Positions 1 through 11,858 of a stretch of 64,000 bases of DNA are shown here, piece by piece (positions within the stretch are counted from its first letter, which is position 1; every line of letters begins with the position of its first letter). The DNA comes from Synechococcus sp. GTDB taxonomy: Bacteria > Cyanobacteriota > Cyanobacteriia > PCC-6307 > Cyanobiaceae. Where the stretch lies: assembly GCA_047285535.1 (NCBI GenBank), contig JBJBDC010000001.1, forward strand, positions 384,136 through 448,135, in the 5' to 3' direction. The translations under genes and the position numbers were made by a program. The notes under the pieces are model-generated. The model was given only the letters and a program-made list of their open reading frames with translations. It had not been told where the DNA came from and ran no database searches.

Positions 1-687
1 AGCTTTGCTTTGCAAATATAATCGCGAAGATGCCAAGAGGATGATGAGAATTGAGTGAGAATTGCTTAAGTGTTCTTTAAGGTGATTGAACAGGTTTTGT
101 AGTGGTAACAAAATGATTATTGATTAGATATGCCTTTATGCAGGCATTATTGTTGACTTTATTGCCCTATTCATCAATACACGGCTATTGAAGCCCCTAA
201 TCCTTTCAACGAGGATAGAATTACTAAGAATGAGGTTATCAAGCTTCTTCTAAAGGGTAATGATCAACACACCAGTCGTTGAACCTATTGCTCTGAGGGA
301 TGCTCGCCCAAAGGTTGAAAAACTACAGCTTGATTCATAGCTGGTTTCGAGAGTCTATAAAGTCCTGAAAACCTTGTGTATATTTGCTTTCTTGATTCAG
401 TATCTCTGATTCTGTTTTCAGACATGCAGTATTCACTTGCATCCTGTTTGTTATATTTAATATCTTGGTTTTTCGTCTATTATTGATGATTTATCGAGAA
501 ACTTGCTGAACTGAAACCTTCATCTGCTGGCAATCCATGGAATGCGCAACAGATGAAGAAGAAGGTTAAGAGACAACCTTCAAAACCTAAGTTTTCAAAA
601 CCTGTCTTTACTTCTGATAGCTCTGATCATGAGCTGACTTCTAATTGAAATAGAAAAACATGCAGAGATTCTGTCAATCACAGCGTA

Positions 688-870
688 TCAATGAGATTGT
701 TTTACCTTTTCATTCTGTTGTTGTTTTATGCCACCCTTCATCATTCCATCGTATCTTTGCCATTCCTTTTGTGTTCCAACAAAGTTTTGTCCTTCTGGCG
801 GGTTGGTAAATCCTTGAGAACAACCACTCATTAGTAAGACAACTAATGCAAGTAAGTTGAAGGTTTTCAC
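688..870 (-). CDS. Small putative lipoprotein
   Basis: 60 aa ORF; hydrophobic N-terminus with lipobox-like LMSGC. Confidence 0.5.
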   Translation of the reverse strand: MKTFNLLALVVLLMSGCSQGFTNPPEGQNFVGTQKEWQRYDGMMKGGIKQQQNEKVKQSH

Positions 871-1546
871 AGAATCAATTTGGTTTCTGATGCTTCTATT
901 CTCTCACTTGCCTAGAATTTGGCAGAAATTTCTGAAGCCTAATCTCTAACTGGCGCTCACTCGCCGCCCTCCTTCGGCGGTCTTGATCTGCGGTCACCGC
1001 GCAAGTTGAAAACTAGATCATACGCACTAGTTCTTGCGGCGCCTTGCGTCCGCGCTTTCAGATCTGATTTTTTCAGCAGTGCGTCAGAGCTTCTACCGAT
1101 TCCACGCGATTCAAATCTTTTTGAATCATGTTGAGCAGTCACAGGCTCTGTCAGTACGTCCAATCCTCTACATCTTTGGATACTGGTTTGATGTTGAGCT
1201 GTAGTGCTAGCAAAAGATCTGGTGAGCTACGGATACCAATCGTCTCTCTCTCTGTCAACAGCCTTGATGGTGCTGGTTAACGCTGGACTGGAGCCAGAGC
1301 TATCCCCAGCACCTGCTCTTAGTGCTTCATCTGTTCCAGACGATGGAGAGCCTGTTTTACTCTTAAGCAGTTGTCAGCCTTGAAGACAGCAGGGATTCTC
1401 TAATGTGAGCAAGGGTGAAGTATTTTTACAATGTGAGTTTTGCTTCTCCCTGTTGATGCTGAAAATGCTTCGTATGACTGGAATCCTTTCGTAACGAGGC
1501 ATAACATTAACGAAAACATCAAGGCAACACCCCATACATTCGATGC

Positions 1547-1849
1547 ATGGGAGCTCGCATTACTGAATCGGAATTTCTCAAAAGGGCGCGAAAGCGCTTT
1601 GGTGAGCACTTCGATTATTCAGAAATCAAGTACCGCAGCTACAAAAGCCCGGTCAAAATTCGCTGTAATAAGCATCCAGTTCAGCTGATCAGTATTACTC
1701 CTGAGAAGCATCTTCAAACCACTGGGGGATGTCGGCATTGCCTTAGAGAGAGGCGAATAGCAGCACTGGAAAGGGAACTCAATCGCGATTCTGCTCAGCG
1801 GAAGGTTCAAACTCCAACTCAACCCAATCATTGTGCACGCCAGTTCTAA
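1547..1849 (+). CDS. Small Zn-binding protein resembling a DUF723/homing-endonuclease-associated repeat
   Basis: Pattern FLKRARKRFGEHFDYS...KIRCNKH...HL...GCRHC. Confidence 0.6.
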   Translation: MGARITESEFLKRARKRFGEHFDYSEIKYRSYKSPVKIRCNKHPVQLISITPEKHLQTTGGCRHCLRERRIAALERELNRDSAQRKVQTPTQPNHCARQF

Positions 1850-2892
1850 GAAAAACGCGCACAGCTAACAGCCTTAATACAGCAAGTGATTTCAGCCCTT
1901 ATTGCATGAAAAGGTCACCATGCTCTGAGAACTGATTGTTGGCCGTCAACGCATCATCACCCCCTCAGCCAGGCTGGTGATCAGAGCAATCGGTGAGCCA
2001 GCTAAGGCCCACGTGTGTTGGTGGGGGTGAGGCTTAGATCTTGATGTGATGAGTGGTTGCCACTGCGCTAGAGAAACCTAATCAATCAATGAAGCTGACC
2101 ATTATGCACTCTTGAAAACGCCAGGATTCCTATGGCTTGTAGCTTCGTTGATGGCACAAATGGTCATTAAGGCATCAGGTTTTGCTGAGAAGACCTTGGA
2201 GCCGGATCGCTTAATCCATGGAGAGGCTTTTGATCCATAAGGTGAATCGTCGTTCCACATGCGAGCACAAAAACGACGGAGAGAAGCGAGTTGGAAAAAA
2301 GATGGAGCAACGACATAACCTGACCCTCTTTATTGCTATTGAAAACCATTTGCAATAATACTGCAATAAGTGGATTTGCTTATTCTTTCTGGCCGTCAAG
2401 TCTGGAGGATCGCTTTAAGGCTTGTCTATGAGACGCATGACGCCCGAAGGCGCTCTGCTCTGCTGATTGGCGCTGAGATCCCTCTGGTCTGGTTCGGGTA
2501 TGGAGTCGCCTGGGCTCAAGGAAAAGTCTCTCTATGACTGATGAACGATGAAGCGAGCTCTGGCTAACGTTTGATCCAGGTCTCTCAGCTCTACCTCCAT
2601 CACGTCCACCTTCAGTTCGGATTCCATCCTTTGATTGAGTTCTTCAATCACTGCCACTTGCTGCTCCTGAGCCACCTCAGAACGCGCAGTTTGTACTGCT
2701 CCTTGCGCTGTGCGACGAGCCTCCACCAGCCTGTCTCGATGTCCTGGATCTGTTGTTCAGTTGTGTCCGATGTGGTGGTTAGTCAGCAATAAAAGACTCC
2801 CTTAGGGAGCCAGAGCCTTGAGTAGGAATCGAACCTCCCCTTCACCATCAGGTGCTCGCCAGATTGATCCGATATCAAGAAATGCACCATGC

Positions 2893-3603
2893 TCACAATT
2901 GGGTGGCGCTAAAAATCGCATAACAAACCATGAGTAGAGCAAGAATCGAGGCGCTCCCTGCCAGATTGAAACGGTGTGATTCTGTTTGCAGCCATCCCTC
3001 ATAGACCTTGGCCAGCAGCGGAACGAGGAGCCATCCGGTGACGGCCACGGTGATTGCAGTGCTGATCAACATGTTGAGGGCCAAGGGCAGTTCTCCCAAG
3101 CTGTCAGCGCTGATCAAGATGAGCAGCATCACTGATGGGTAGAGCGCCAGCCAAATCAACAAATTCATTTTCCATATGGGTGGTGGATCCGGTAGCTGCG
3201 ACGTCAGCCAAAGATCAAACGAAGGCTTGTGAACTCGGGATTGAAATTGATTCACAAAGTTGGCTTCTGCTTGGTTGAGTAAACGTCTGCGAATGGGGCT
3301 ATCAATCCAAGCCAGGCATGATTGAACATCACTAAAGCGCAACCTCGAATTGCATTCGACCAAGCCATCATCGAGTTGGCGATAGCTTGTCTCTTGATCA
3401 ATGAATCCTTTCGATTGCAAGGCAGCTTGCTTCATTGATGCTTGCAGCTTTTTGCACTCAGCAAGATCTGACTGGCGAACCAGAGCCTGGATCAAGTAGT
3501 CAAATTGCTCGGATGATTCGCTGCCAGTCATTGCTCTGCCAGAACCGTGAAACAGGGCTATCTTAAATCGAAGTGATAATGAATTTTTTGACTGGATTGA
3601 CAC
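2893..3603 (-). CDS. ABM (antibiotic biosynthesis monooxygenase)-like membrane protein; start uncertain
   Basis: WIDSPIRR, PPIWKMNLLIWLALYP and C-terminal TM helices. Confidence 0.6.
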   Translation of the reverse strand: MSIQSKNSLSLRFKIALFHGSGRAMTGSESSEQFDYLIQALVRQSDLAECKKLQASMKQAALQSKGFIDQETSYRQLDDGLVECNSRLRFSDVQSCLAWIDSPIRRRLLNQAEANFVNQFQSRVHKPSFDLWLTSQLPDPPPIWKMNLLIWLALYPSVMLLILISADSLGELPLALNMLISTAITVAVTGWLLVPLLAKVYEGWLQTESHRFNLAGSASILALLMVCYAIFSATQL

Positions 3604-4222
3604 TGACTCAGCAGCATCTGATCTTTAATCCATAGTCAATCCAGAGATTCCTTGGCAGCCATCTCTCATTCTTCACCCCACTCCTGAGTTTTTATGAACT
3701 GATGTCATGCATTCTCGTTCATGGAAGCATTGCAAGTGATTACGTCATCGATGTAAACGCCATACATATCACCGCCTTCTTTTAATGACTAGGTGCTAAC
3801 AGTAGACCTAGTTGCCTCAGATGGAAACGCATTCAACAAGAGCCTTCCGAAGAGCCTCAAGGGTCAATGCTGTTTTAGGCCATCACTGATGAAACCGATC
3901 GCTATCCAAAAGTGTGTAGAAGAACTGTAGGAAATTGTCCGTAAACTTGTTGACGCCTGGGAGAATTTAGATGATTCCATGGATGAGCTGGAGCCATCCA
4001 TCCTATGATTTTTTTGAATAGATTCAGCCGGATAAGCGTTAAGCCGGTTTGTCGTGCCTGCCTCAAAAAGACCCATTGAGGTTGTTTGCAAAAGCAGCGA
4101 AGTTTGGCTCACCTTTTTGTATCAAAGAGGGCCCTGGAGGGCCCTCAGGGTTTCCTGATCCATATTGAAGGGATTCTGTTTCCAAGGCTCATCAAACCTC
4201 GTACCAATACACTAGTTAAACA

Positions 4223-4636
4223 TTAGCCTACAAGGCAGGCCAGTTGTGCTTTTGATTGATGATTAGAGGTGTCATCAATTCCCTCTGAATGGGCGCTAGT
4301 ACTTGGCTCAGTCTCATCATGACGCTGCGCTTTCAGCTCTTTCACTTCACCTTCAATAGCGAGTTCAAGGCATCGGGCTAGCAAAACTTGCTTGAATTCT
4401 TCGCTGAGGGCTTCAGGTTCATCAATCACTAGCTCTGGATGCAAAAGTCTGAAGTGAGCGAATGCATAATCCGTTTCTTTAGCTGCATTCTCACGAAAAA
4501 ATTTTTCTAATTCACGATTGCCTAGTTGTTTGGCAAGTTCTGCGAAAAAGAGATATTTGCGGCTTGCCATGCTCTCTCCACTAAAGGCTGCTTCTAAATT
4601 TGTCTTGCTGGATGTGCTTGGTGTTGATGTTTTCAT
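4223..4636 (-). pseudogene. Truncated/degenerate rubrerythrin
   Basis: NLEAAFSGESMASRKYLFFA...AHFRLLHPEL...ELAIEGE; ExxH appears as ETDY; similarity lost after AIEGE. Confidence 0.65.
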
Positions 4637-4729
4637 GGCTGTCTCCTAGAGGGACTCAGTCGTTCTATCGCTGTTGGGCGCGCCTCGGAAGATGGAGCAT
4701 CCGTAACCAGAGGTACGGTTTCAGGACCT

Positions 4730-5722
4730 TTTGGCAAGAGTTTTTTTGAGTGGATCACACCAATAAACCATTGACTCAATGTGGGTTGTTTTGGTGCGCT
4801 TGTGGCGCCTTACCTACTAGCTGCTGTTGACAGCTTCATCATCGCTTTCATCGCTGCCCATCCCATGAACATCGGCGGAATCTGGCCTTTCTTTATCGCG
4901 CTTGTGTTTGGCCACAACATGGTTTCTGGAGCTGTTGTGCCTGGCTCGAACGCAATCGGATCCCACTTCTTCCCATCAGGGAGGCAGCCTCGATGCAAGA
5001 GTGGATTGATAACGGCGGCCGTTATCAGCTCGCCGTCTTCCACTTTCTGATTGGCATCTCTGCCTATCTGGGTTGTGAGTGGGAGTTGTCCTATCGCCTG
5101 GGGATGCACCCCTGGATCTACGTTGCTTACTCAGCTCCAGTTGCAGCAGCGACTGCTGTCCTCCTCGTCTATCCCTGCGGGCAAGGCTCCTTCTCTGGTG
5201 GCCTACCGCTGGGCCTTAGCGGAACCTTCCATGGCGAGCTCGTCTTCCAGGCAGAGCACAACATCAATGGGCACCTCTTCCAGATTGCAGGGGGCGCGGG
5301 AGTCTTCGGCGGTGCACTTGGCTCGGCGATGCATGGCGCTCTTGTCACGTCCTCTTTCATTCGTGAGACCGCGCCAGAAGTAAGCCTGTCTTAAGAACAC
5401 AAGTTTGGATAGGCAGAAGAGACGTGCGTGCAGCTGAGTTGCCGCTCAAGGCTCCTACGCACATCTGAATCTTCGAATACCCAAGCTTTCAAACGAGCCG
5501 CTCACTTCAATTGTTTTTGGTTGTATGACCTGTGGTGGGTATCGGCTGGCTGGTTTTGCTGGATCGAAGTGACTTTTAACATCAATGATTTTAACTTCAA
5601 TCCATCCAGTCAGGCGATGATTGTGCTGTTAATGCCTCGAGAGATCTCCTTAACCGAGCTGCCCTAGTACGGAGGTGATGAATGAACTTAATGCGCACTA
5701 CTTACAACTAGATCTTTGTTGA
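4730..5722 (+). pseudogene. psbA: Decayed photosystem II D1 pseudogene
   Basis: D1 segments in several frames ([64 protein letters not shown]) with frameshifts and stops. Confidence 0.92.
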
Positions 5723-5741
5723 TTATCGCTATTGGTTTTGG

Positions 5742-6635
5742 CTATAATTGAAGACTGACTCGTTGATAGCAGAACCACAACCACTGCTGAAAGAGCAAAT
5801 TGCGATGGGAACGCCACAGAGTTCGCGGCTGATCGGAGTCAAAGTTTTCTGGTGGAGGAACATCTCCCCGTGCTCGATCCCTCTCCATTTCGGCCTGTAG
5901 TCGTCCCACGTTGTATTCGGGATGGCCAAGATGCATGAGTTGACGCTGATCAGGGGTTTCAAAAATGGTGTACCCAACCTTTTCTCCGTGGGCCAACAGT
6001 CTTAGGCGACCCTGACGCTGAGCAGATTCCATCGACGCATCCGCTAACCCTGCATGCCGACTTTGGGGACAGAAAAACTGATCATCCTGTGTTCCCATAA
6101 GGGGATGCCCCGGTACCAGACTTCTCATGGGAAATACCCCAAACAATTTGCGATCAAATGAAACCTTGTTAACTCCAGCGAGATAGGCAAGCGCAAATCC
6201 AGCCCAACAAAGACCAAGGGTGCTGGCGCACGAGTCTCGAGCTTCTTCAATTAAGTCAACTAATTCTCGCCAATAGGTGACATCTTCGAAAGCTAAATGT
6301 TCAACAGGCGCCCCGGTAATGATCAGTCCATCCAATGGCCGCTGAGATTGGGCTTCCTTCCAGCTCACATAGAGCTGATTCAGATGAGCCTTATCCCAGC
6401 TTTTGTAAGCATGGGATTCGAGCCGAATCCATATCGGTTCAATCTGAAGGACTGATAAACCCAAGGGATGCAGCAAGTTGAATTCGTACTGCTTTCCCAG
6501 CGGCATGATGTTGAGGATGCCAATACGCAAAGGCCGAATGTCCTGACGCTCGGCTTGCTCTGGTTCGATCCAGGAGATCCGGTTGCGTTCAACAGCGGTG
6601 ATCTTGTGATAGTTCCTTGGAAGTATCAGCGCCAT
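5742..6635 (-). CDS. metA: Homoserine O-acyltransferase (MetA family)
   Basis: IGILNIMP, DGLIITGAPVE, LCWAG, HPEY motifs. Confidence 0.93.
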   Translation of the reverse strand: MALILPRNYHKITAVERNRISWIEPEQAERQDIRPLRIGILNIMPLGKQYEFNLLHPLGLSVLQIEPIWIRLESHAYKSWDKAHLNQLYVSWKEAQSQRPLDGLIITGAPVEHLAFEDVTYWRELVDLIEEARDSCASTLGLCWAGFALAYLAGVNKVSFDRKLFGVFPMRSLVPGHPLMGTQDDQFFCPQSRHAGLADASMESAQRQGRLRLLAHGEKVGYTIFETPDQRQLMHLGHPEYNVGRLQAEMERDRARGDVPPPENFDSDQPRTLWRSHRNLLFQQWLWFCYQRVSLQL

Positions 6636-6850
6636 CAGCTCAGATCCTTTCCAATGTCTTGGTTTTTTTTGTCATGTTTGCAATTGGGTGCTCCCTTTGT
6701 TCGCTAGATGTTCCTCTTGCAACGTAGCCAAGGCATCAGACGGCTGCTCTCTGACCGCCTCCCCCCGGAAAGGGGGGCAAATGTTCCGATAGGCATGATG
6801 ACTTCAAGGTGTGGTTGGATGTCATCAACGATCATTGAGCTTGAGGTTCT

Positions 6851-8197
<1,347 letters not shown>

Positions 8198-8902
8198 CTA
8201 GCTCGCAACTTCTGTTGGGGGATCCCAATTCTTATCAGGAGCCGGTTTTTCAGTATCAGCAAGGGATGGAAGCGTTTCACGCATTAGAGGACCAAAACGA
8301 CTGCGCACTTCAGAACGAAAGGAATTTGCGGCTCCCTCATTGAGTACTGGATAAGGCTGCTCACCTTCCTGCTCCCGTAGATGACGCCATTTGCTGTTTT
8401 CTTGGGCTTTTAGATCTTTTAATGCTGCAGTGAAGTCATAGGTCTTGGTCTGTCCATCTGCAGCTGCCAGAGGACCAGCTTGTGCCGCTAATTCTTCGCG
8501 AACCGCATCAAAAGCCTTGGCCTTGATCGTGTCAGGCAGTCCCAGAACAGGTTGGTAGTAATCGAGCAAACGCTTCTCTTCCTCTAGCAAAATTGGCCAA
8601 GCACCACGAGACCCTTGGGGCAAGGAATACCCGGCTTCTGCGGCATCCATCCCCTCGAGGTGAAAACAAAGCCATCGGTAATAGGACTTTTCGCGTGTTG
8701 CCTTTTTCGCTGCAGCCTTCCCTGAAACAATCGCAGGAAGTGCCGCTTCAGCTTTGCGCAGGAAGAGACGATCTTCCCGTTCAAGGTTCATCGCTCCCCA
8801 GCGCTGGCGATAATCCCACAGCTCTGCGTATCGAGCCACTTCATCCGTGGACCAGCCAAGGGTCTTGAGCTCATCAGCCCGATTGGTCAGTTCCTTCGCC
8901 AA
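8198..8902 (-). CDS. Conserved hypothetical picocyanobacterial protein
   Basis: 234 aa ORF in an operon-like run with metY. Confidence 0.75.
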   Translation of the reverse strand: MAKELTNRADELKTLGWSTDEVARYAELWDYRQRWGAMNLEREDRLFLRKAEAALPAIVSGKAAAKKATREKSYYRWLCFHLEGMDAAEAGYSLPQGSRGAWPILLEEEKRLLDYYQPVLGLPDTIKAKAFDAVREELAAQAGPLAAADGQTKTYDFTAALKDLKAQENSKWRHLREQEGEQPYPVLNEGAANSFRSEVRSRFGPLMRETLPSLADTEKPAPDKNWDPPTEVAS

Positions 8903-8966
8903 GAAGCTCAGCCGTTATCTCATGGGAATCGTAGAGGCCAATGCCAATCTCGCCAGTCTTAAATCA

Positions 8967-9980
8967 TCAACCTGCAGGCCGGCTGTGGGGATTGAGTTGT
9001 AAATACTGAAGGACATCGATCGGTCGTGTTTGGTGATATCCCTCATGAAGCCACAAATCACCGGCTGATGACGCATAGTGAATTTGCCAGTGATACAACC
9101 CCCGATAAGCCAGAGGGTCTCGTTTCAACAGGTCGGCGTAACGGATAACGGCCCTGCCGTAGTGATCACTATTGTTGTATCCCCATAGTCCTTTTCGGAT
9201 GTCTTGAAGTCCACCGCGACGGACCAGATAGCGCGCCGCAGCATGAATGGCATCCCATGGATCGCGAATGTCGCCGCCGAGGCCAATTCCAGGTTCTGTC
9301 CAGGTGGTTGGTAAAAATTGCATGGGACCCTGAGCGTTAGCGACGGAGATTCCATCAATGCGCCCCATTCCCGTTTCGACCAAATTCACCGCAGCGAGAA
9401 TTTCCCAGTCAATTCCTGTTGCGGCTGAAGCACTTTGATAAGCCTCCAGTAATCGATCTGAGGCGGCCGGCGGCTGAATACGCCATGCAGGAAGGGTGGA
9501 TGATCCAGGACCCCGATGCATCGCAAGAAAAGAGCGTCGAGCTGCAATGTGCTGATCAAACACCCATTGCCATTGGTCATCAAGCTTGGATCTCACCTGA
9601 TCGGCTAGATCTGAGTTGTGAGATAAGACCCGATAGATCACCTGCTGCTGATGCGCAAGAGGAGGTATGGCCTCTGAAGGCACCCTTGGATTTCGAATGG
9701 CAAGCTCGATTGCCGATAACAACTGAGCCAGCTCTTCAGTCTCTTCTGGTAACAGGGGGTAGTGCGAACCTGATGGGGAACGAGGAAGGTCTGACTTGGT
9801 CGGCAGAGAAGGAAGTGAATGATTAGGTTTGGCTTGGTCGACTTGTTCGACTGTTTGAGGTCCTTTCTGGTCTTGATTCTGAGTGGCTTGTAGGGCTGGC
9901 GAACGTCGGCATCCCCAGGTGAAAGGGATCACGAGCAGCGGCACACAGATCAGCAGGCGAAAGAATGTAGACATCATCAA
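8967..9980 (-). CDS. Lytic transglycosylase (SLT/MltB-like), lipoprotein
   Basis: LAAVNLVETG, AQGPMQFLPTTW, AARYL, GYNNS. Confidence 0.85.
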   Translation of the reverse strand: MMMSTFFRLLICVPLLVIPFTWGCRRSPALQATQNQDQKGPQTVEQVDQAKPNHSLPSLPTKSDLPRSPSGSHYPLLPEETEELAQLLSAIELAIRNPRVPSEAIPPLAHQQQVIYRVLSHNSDLADQVRSKLDDQWQWVFDQHIAARRSFLAMHRGPGSSTLPAWRIQPPAASDRLLEAYQSASAATGIDWEILAAVNLVETGMGRIDGISVANAQGPMQFLPTTWTEPGIGLGGDIRDPWDAIHAAARYLVRRGGLQDIRKGLWGYNNSDHYGRAVIRYADLLKRDPLAYRGLYHWQIHYASSAGDLWLHEGYHQTRPIDVLQYLQLNPHSRPAG

Positions 9981-9996
9981 AAGCGTTGTTGATCGA

Positions 9997-10581
9997 TCAA
10001 CAGATCAGAAAACTGCGACGGTCATGAAAGTCTGCGACCTCCCCTGGATGGGAGAGAGCCCAGTAACTGAGACGACCCTTATTGTCTTCCAGAACCATTG
10101 TTAATCCAAGTTCAGGTAGAGCCTCCACTGGCCACCAAGGACGTAGGTTCAATATCACATCACAGCGGAAGTCTCGTCGCTTTCTTCGCACTCTCACCAG
10201 GGGAGACGTTGCCTCTCGCGAGGTTTTGCCTCCACGGCGGTAAGTCTTAAAATTATAAAGATTCCAATCACCTAGGGGGGAAATGTTCAACTCCCAGTAC
10301 TTCTCAGATCCAGGCAATCCGAGAAATGCTTCAAAACAACTGTGTTTCCAGAGATCATCTAAGCGCTGACCACTCGTCAGATCGGATTTCGGCTCTGACG
10401 AAGGCAATGCCAGGTCAAGCAAATCTCCATATCGCTGTGCAGGGCGGATGTTGTAACTCAGTTCAAGAATGCCTTCTTCTCTCCAGATGAATTCCGCGCT
10501 GAGTAAAAGATCAGGAGCCTCTTGAGGATCCTGTGGAAGGAGCGGGCATACTTGCCGGACCATCACTGGATGGCGCGGCAT
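9997..10581 (-). CDS. DOMON-like carbohydrate-binding domain protein
   Basis: LWKHSCFEAF, YWELNISPLGDWN, SYWAL.H...DFH. Confidence 0.75.
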   Translation of the reverse strand: MPRHPVMVRQVCPLLPQDPQEAPDLLLSAEFIWREEGILELSYNIRPAQRYGDLLDLALPSSEPKSDLTSGQRLDDLWKHSCFEAFLGLPGSEKYWELNISPLGDWNLYNFKTYRRGGKTSREATSPLVRVRRKRRDFRCDVILNLRPWWPVEALPELGLTMVLEDNKGRLSYWALSHPGEVADFHDRRSFLIC

Positions 10582-10582
10582 T

Positions 10583-11737
10583 TCAACCCACTCCTGATAG
10601 AGAGCGAATCATGAGCTGAATATCGTCCCATTGCGCTTCGATCGATTCAGTTAGCGCAAATTGAACTAATGCTCTGTCCAAATTATGAGATGGTCGCTCC
10701 GTTCGAAAATAACGATCGCCGTCTAAATAGTCAGTTAAAAACCGCAATCCAAGCTCAAATGGAATGAGACGTATGGAGTCTGGTAAATAATAGAAATCCT
10801 CATTCGAGAGAAATGAGCGCCCCATTGTCAGATAGCCTTCAAGAATGGCACGACAGAGATTGAGATCGAATGTGACCGCATCAATCTCGAGGGTCTCTTC
10901 GCCAAGAGAATTACAGCAGGAACGCAGACAATCTCCGATGTCATAGTGAACCAAGCCGGGCTTGACTGTATCAAGGTCAATCAACCCAACTGCACGTCCG
11001 CTGATCTCATCAAGCATGACATTATTGATCTTTGGATCACCATGAATTGGCCGTCTTTTGAGCTCGCCTCGATCACTAGCGGCCTCCAACACATCAACAC
11101 CATCTCGGCGTTTGTCAACAAATTCTATCGCTTTTTTTAGGCGCCCATCGTTGCATAGTCTACTTGAAATAACACCAGAGTCTCGACTCATTACCTTGTC
11201 ATAGTGATCGAGATAAACCGGTGTGATGTGAAAACCTTCCAATGTATCTGCAAGATCAGTGATTGGTAAATCACTGATGAGGTGATGGAACATGCCCAAT
11301 CCATATCCCACCTCCCTGGCATGTTCCACGCCACTGATCACATCACTGGTGGTGGCGGCTCCGATATAGGAGATTGATCGCCAAAATTCTCCGTTATGTT
11401 CCACCCAATGCCCCTCGGTGTCTCGAGTGGGGAGTACCTTTGGAATTTCCCAACGACGGCCTGCCAATTCAGGGGGGGCAGAGGCCAGACGTTGTTGTAC
11501 ATGTGTGCCCAGTGCAAGCAAATTACGCATGACCAGCTCGGGCTTTTCAAAGACTTGTGTATTGAGACGCTGCATGACAAAAGCCTGACGATCCGCATTC
11601 GCAGCCAAGGTGACTAGAAACGTTTCGTTGACATTTCCGGATCCGAGCATGTCAATCGAGGTGATTTGCTCTGGTGGGTGAAACAGTCCTGCAATCGCAT
11701 CCAGGGATGGGTCAAATCTGGAAATGGCGGCCGCCAT
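10583..11737 (-). CDS. APH-family phosphotransferase (N-acetylhexosamine 1-kinase-like)
   Basis: LGSGNVNETF, HGDPKINN, IDLDTVKPG, ELGLRFLTDYL; start set at the second Met. Confidence 0.85.
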   Translation of the reverse strand: MAAAISRFDPSLDAIAGLFHPPEQITSIDMLGSGNVNETFLVTLAANADRQAFVMQRLNTQVFEKPELVMRNLLALGTHVQQRLASAPPELAGRRWEIPKVLPTRDTEGHWVEHNGEFWRSISYIGAATTSDVISGVEHAREVGYGLGMFHHLISDLPITDLADTLEGFHITPVYLDHYDKVMSRDSGVISSRLCNDGRLKKAIEFVDKRRDGVDVLEAASDRGELKRRPIHGDPKINNVMLDEISGRAVGLIDLDTVKPGLVHYDIGDCLRSCCNSLGEETLEIDAVTFDLNLCRAILEGYLTMGRSFLSNEDFYYLPDSIRLIPFELGLRFLTDYLDGDRYFRTERPSHNLDRALVQFALTESIEAQWDDIQLMIRSLSGVG

Positions 11738-11858
11738 AACGAATCGCATGAGTCTCAGCTCGGAACAATGCCGGGTCTCTGGCGTTATGCCACCGCTGAG
11801 TGTGCGGAAAATCAGCCGGGAAGCGGCAGCATGGGATTCGACGATCCGTTTAGCCCCG

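Noticed and set aside
4781..5394. Functional split or mini D1 proteins
   Set aside because: Multiple frameshifts, stops and loss of key ligands indicate a pseudogene.
11724..11858. Head-to-head overlap of sbcD-like and kinase ORFs
   Set aside because: Resolved by choosing downstream starts (GTG 11859; ATG 11737 on the minus strand).
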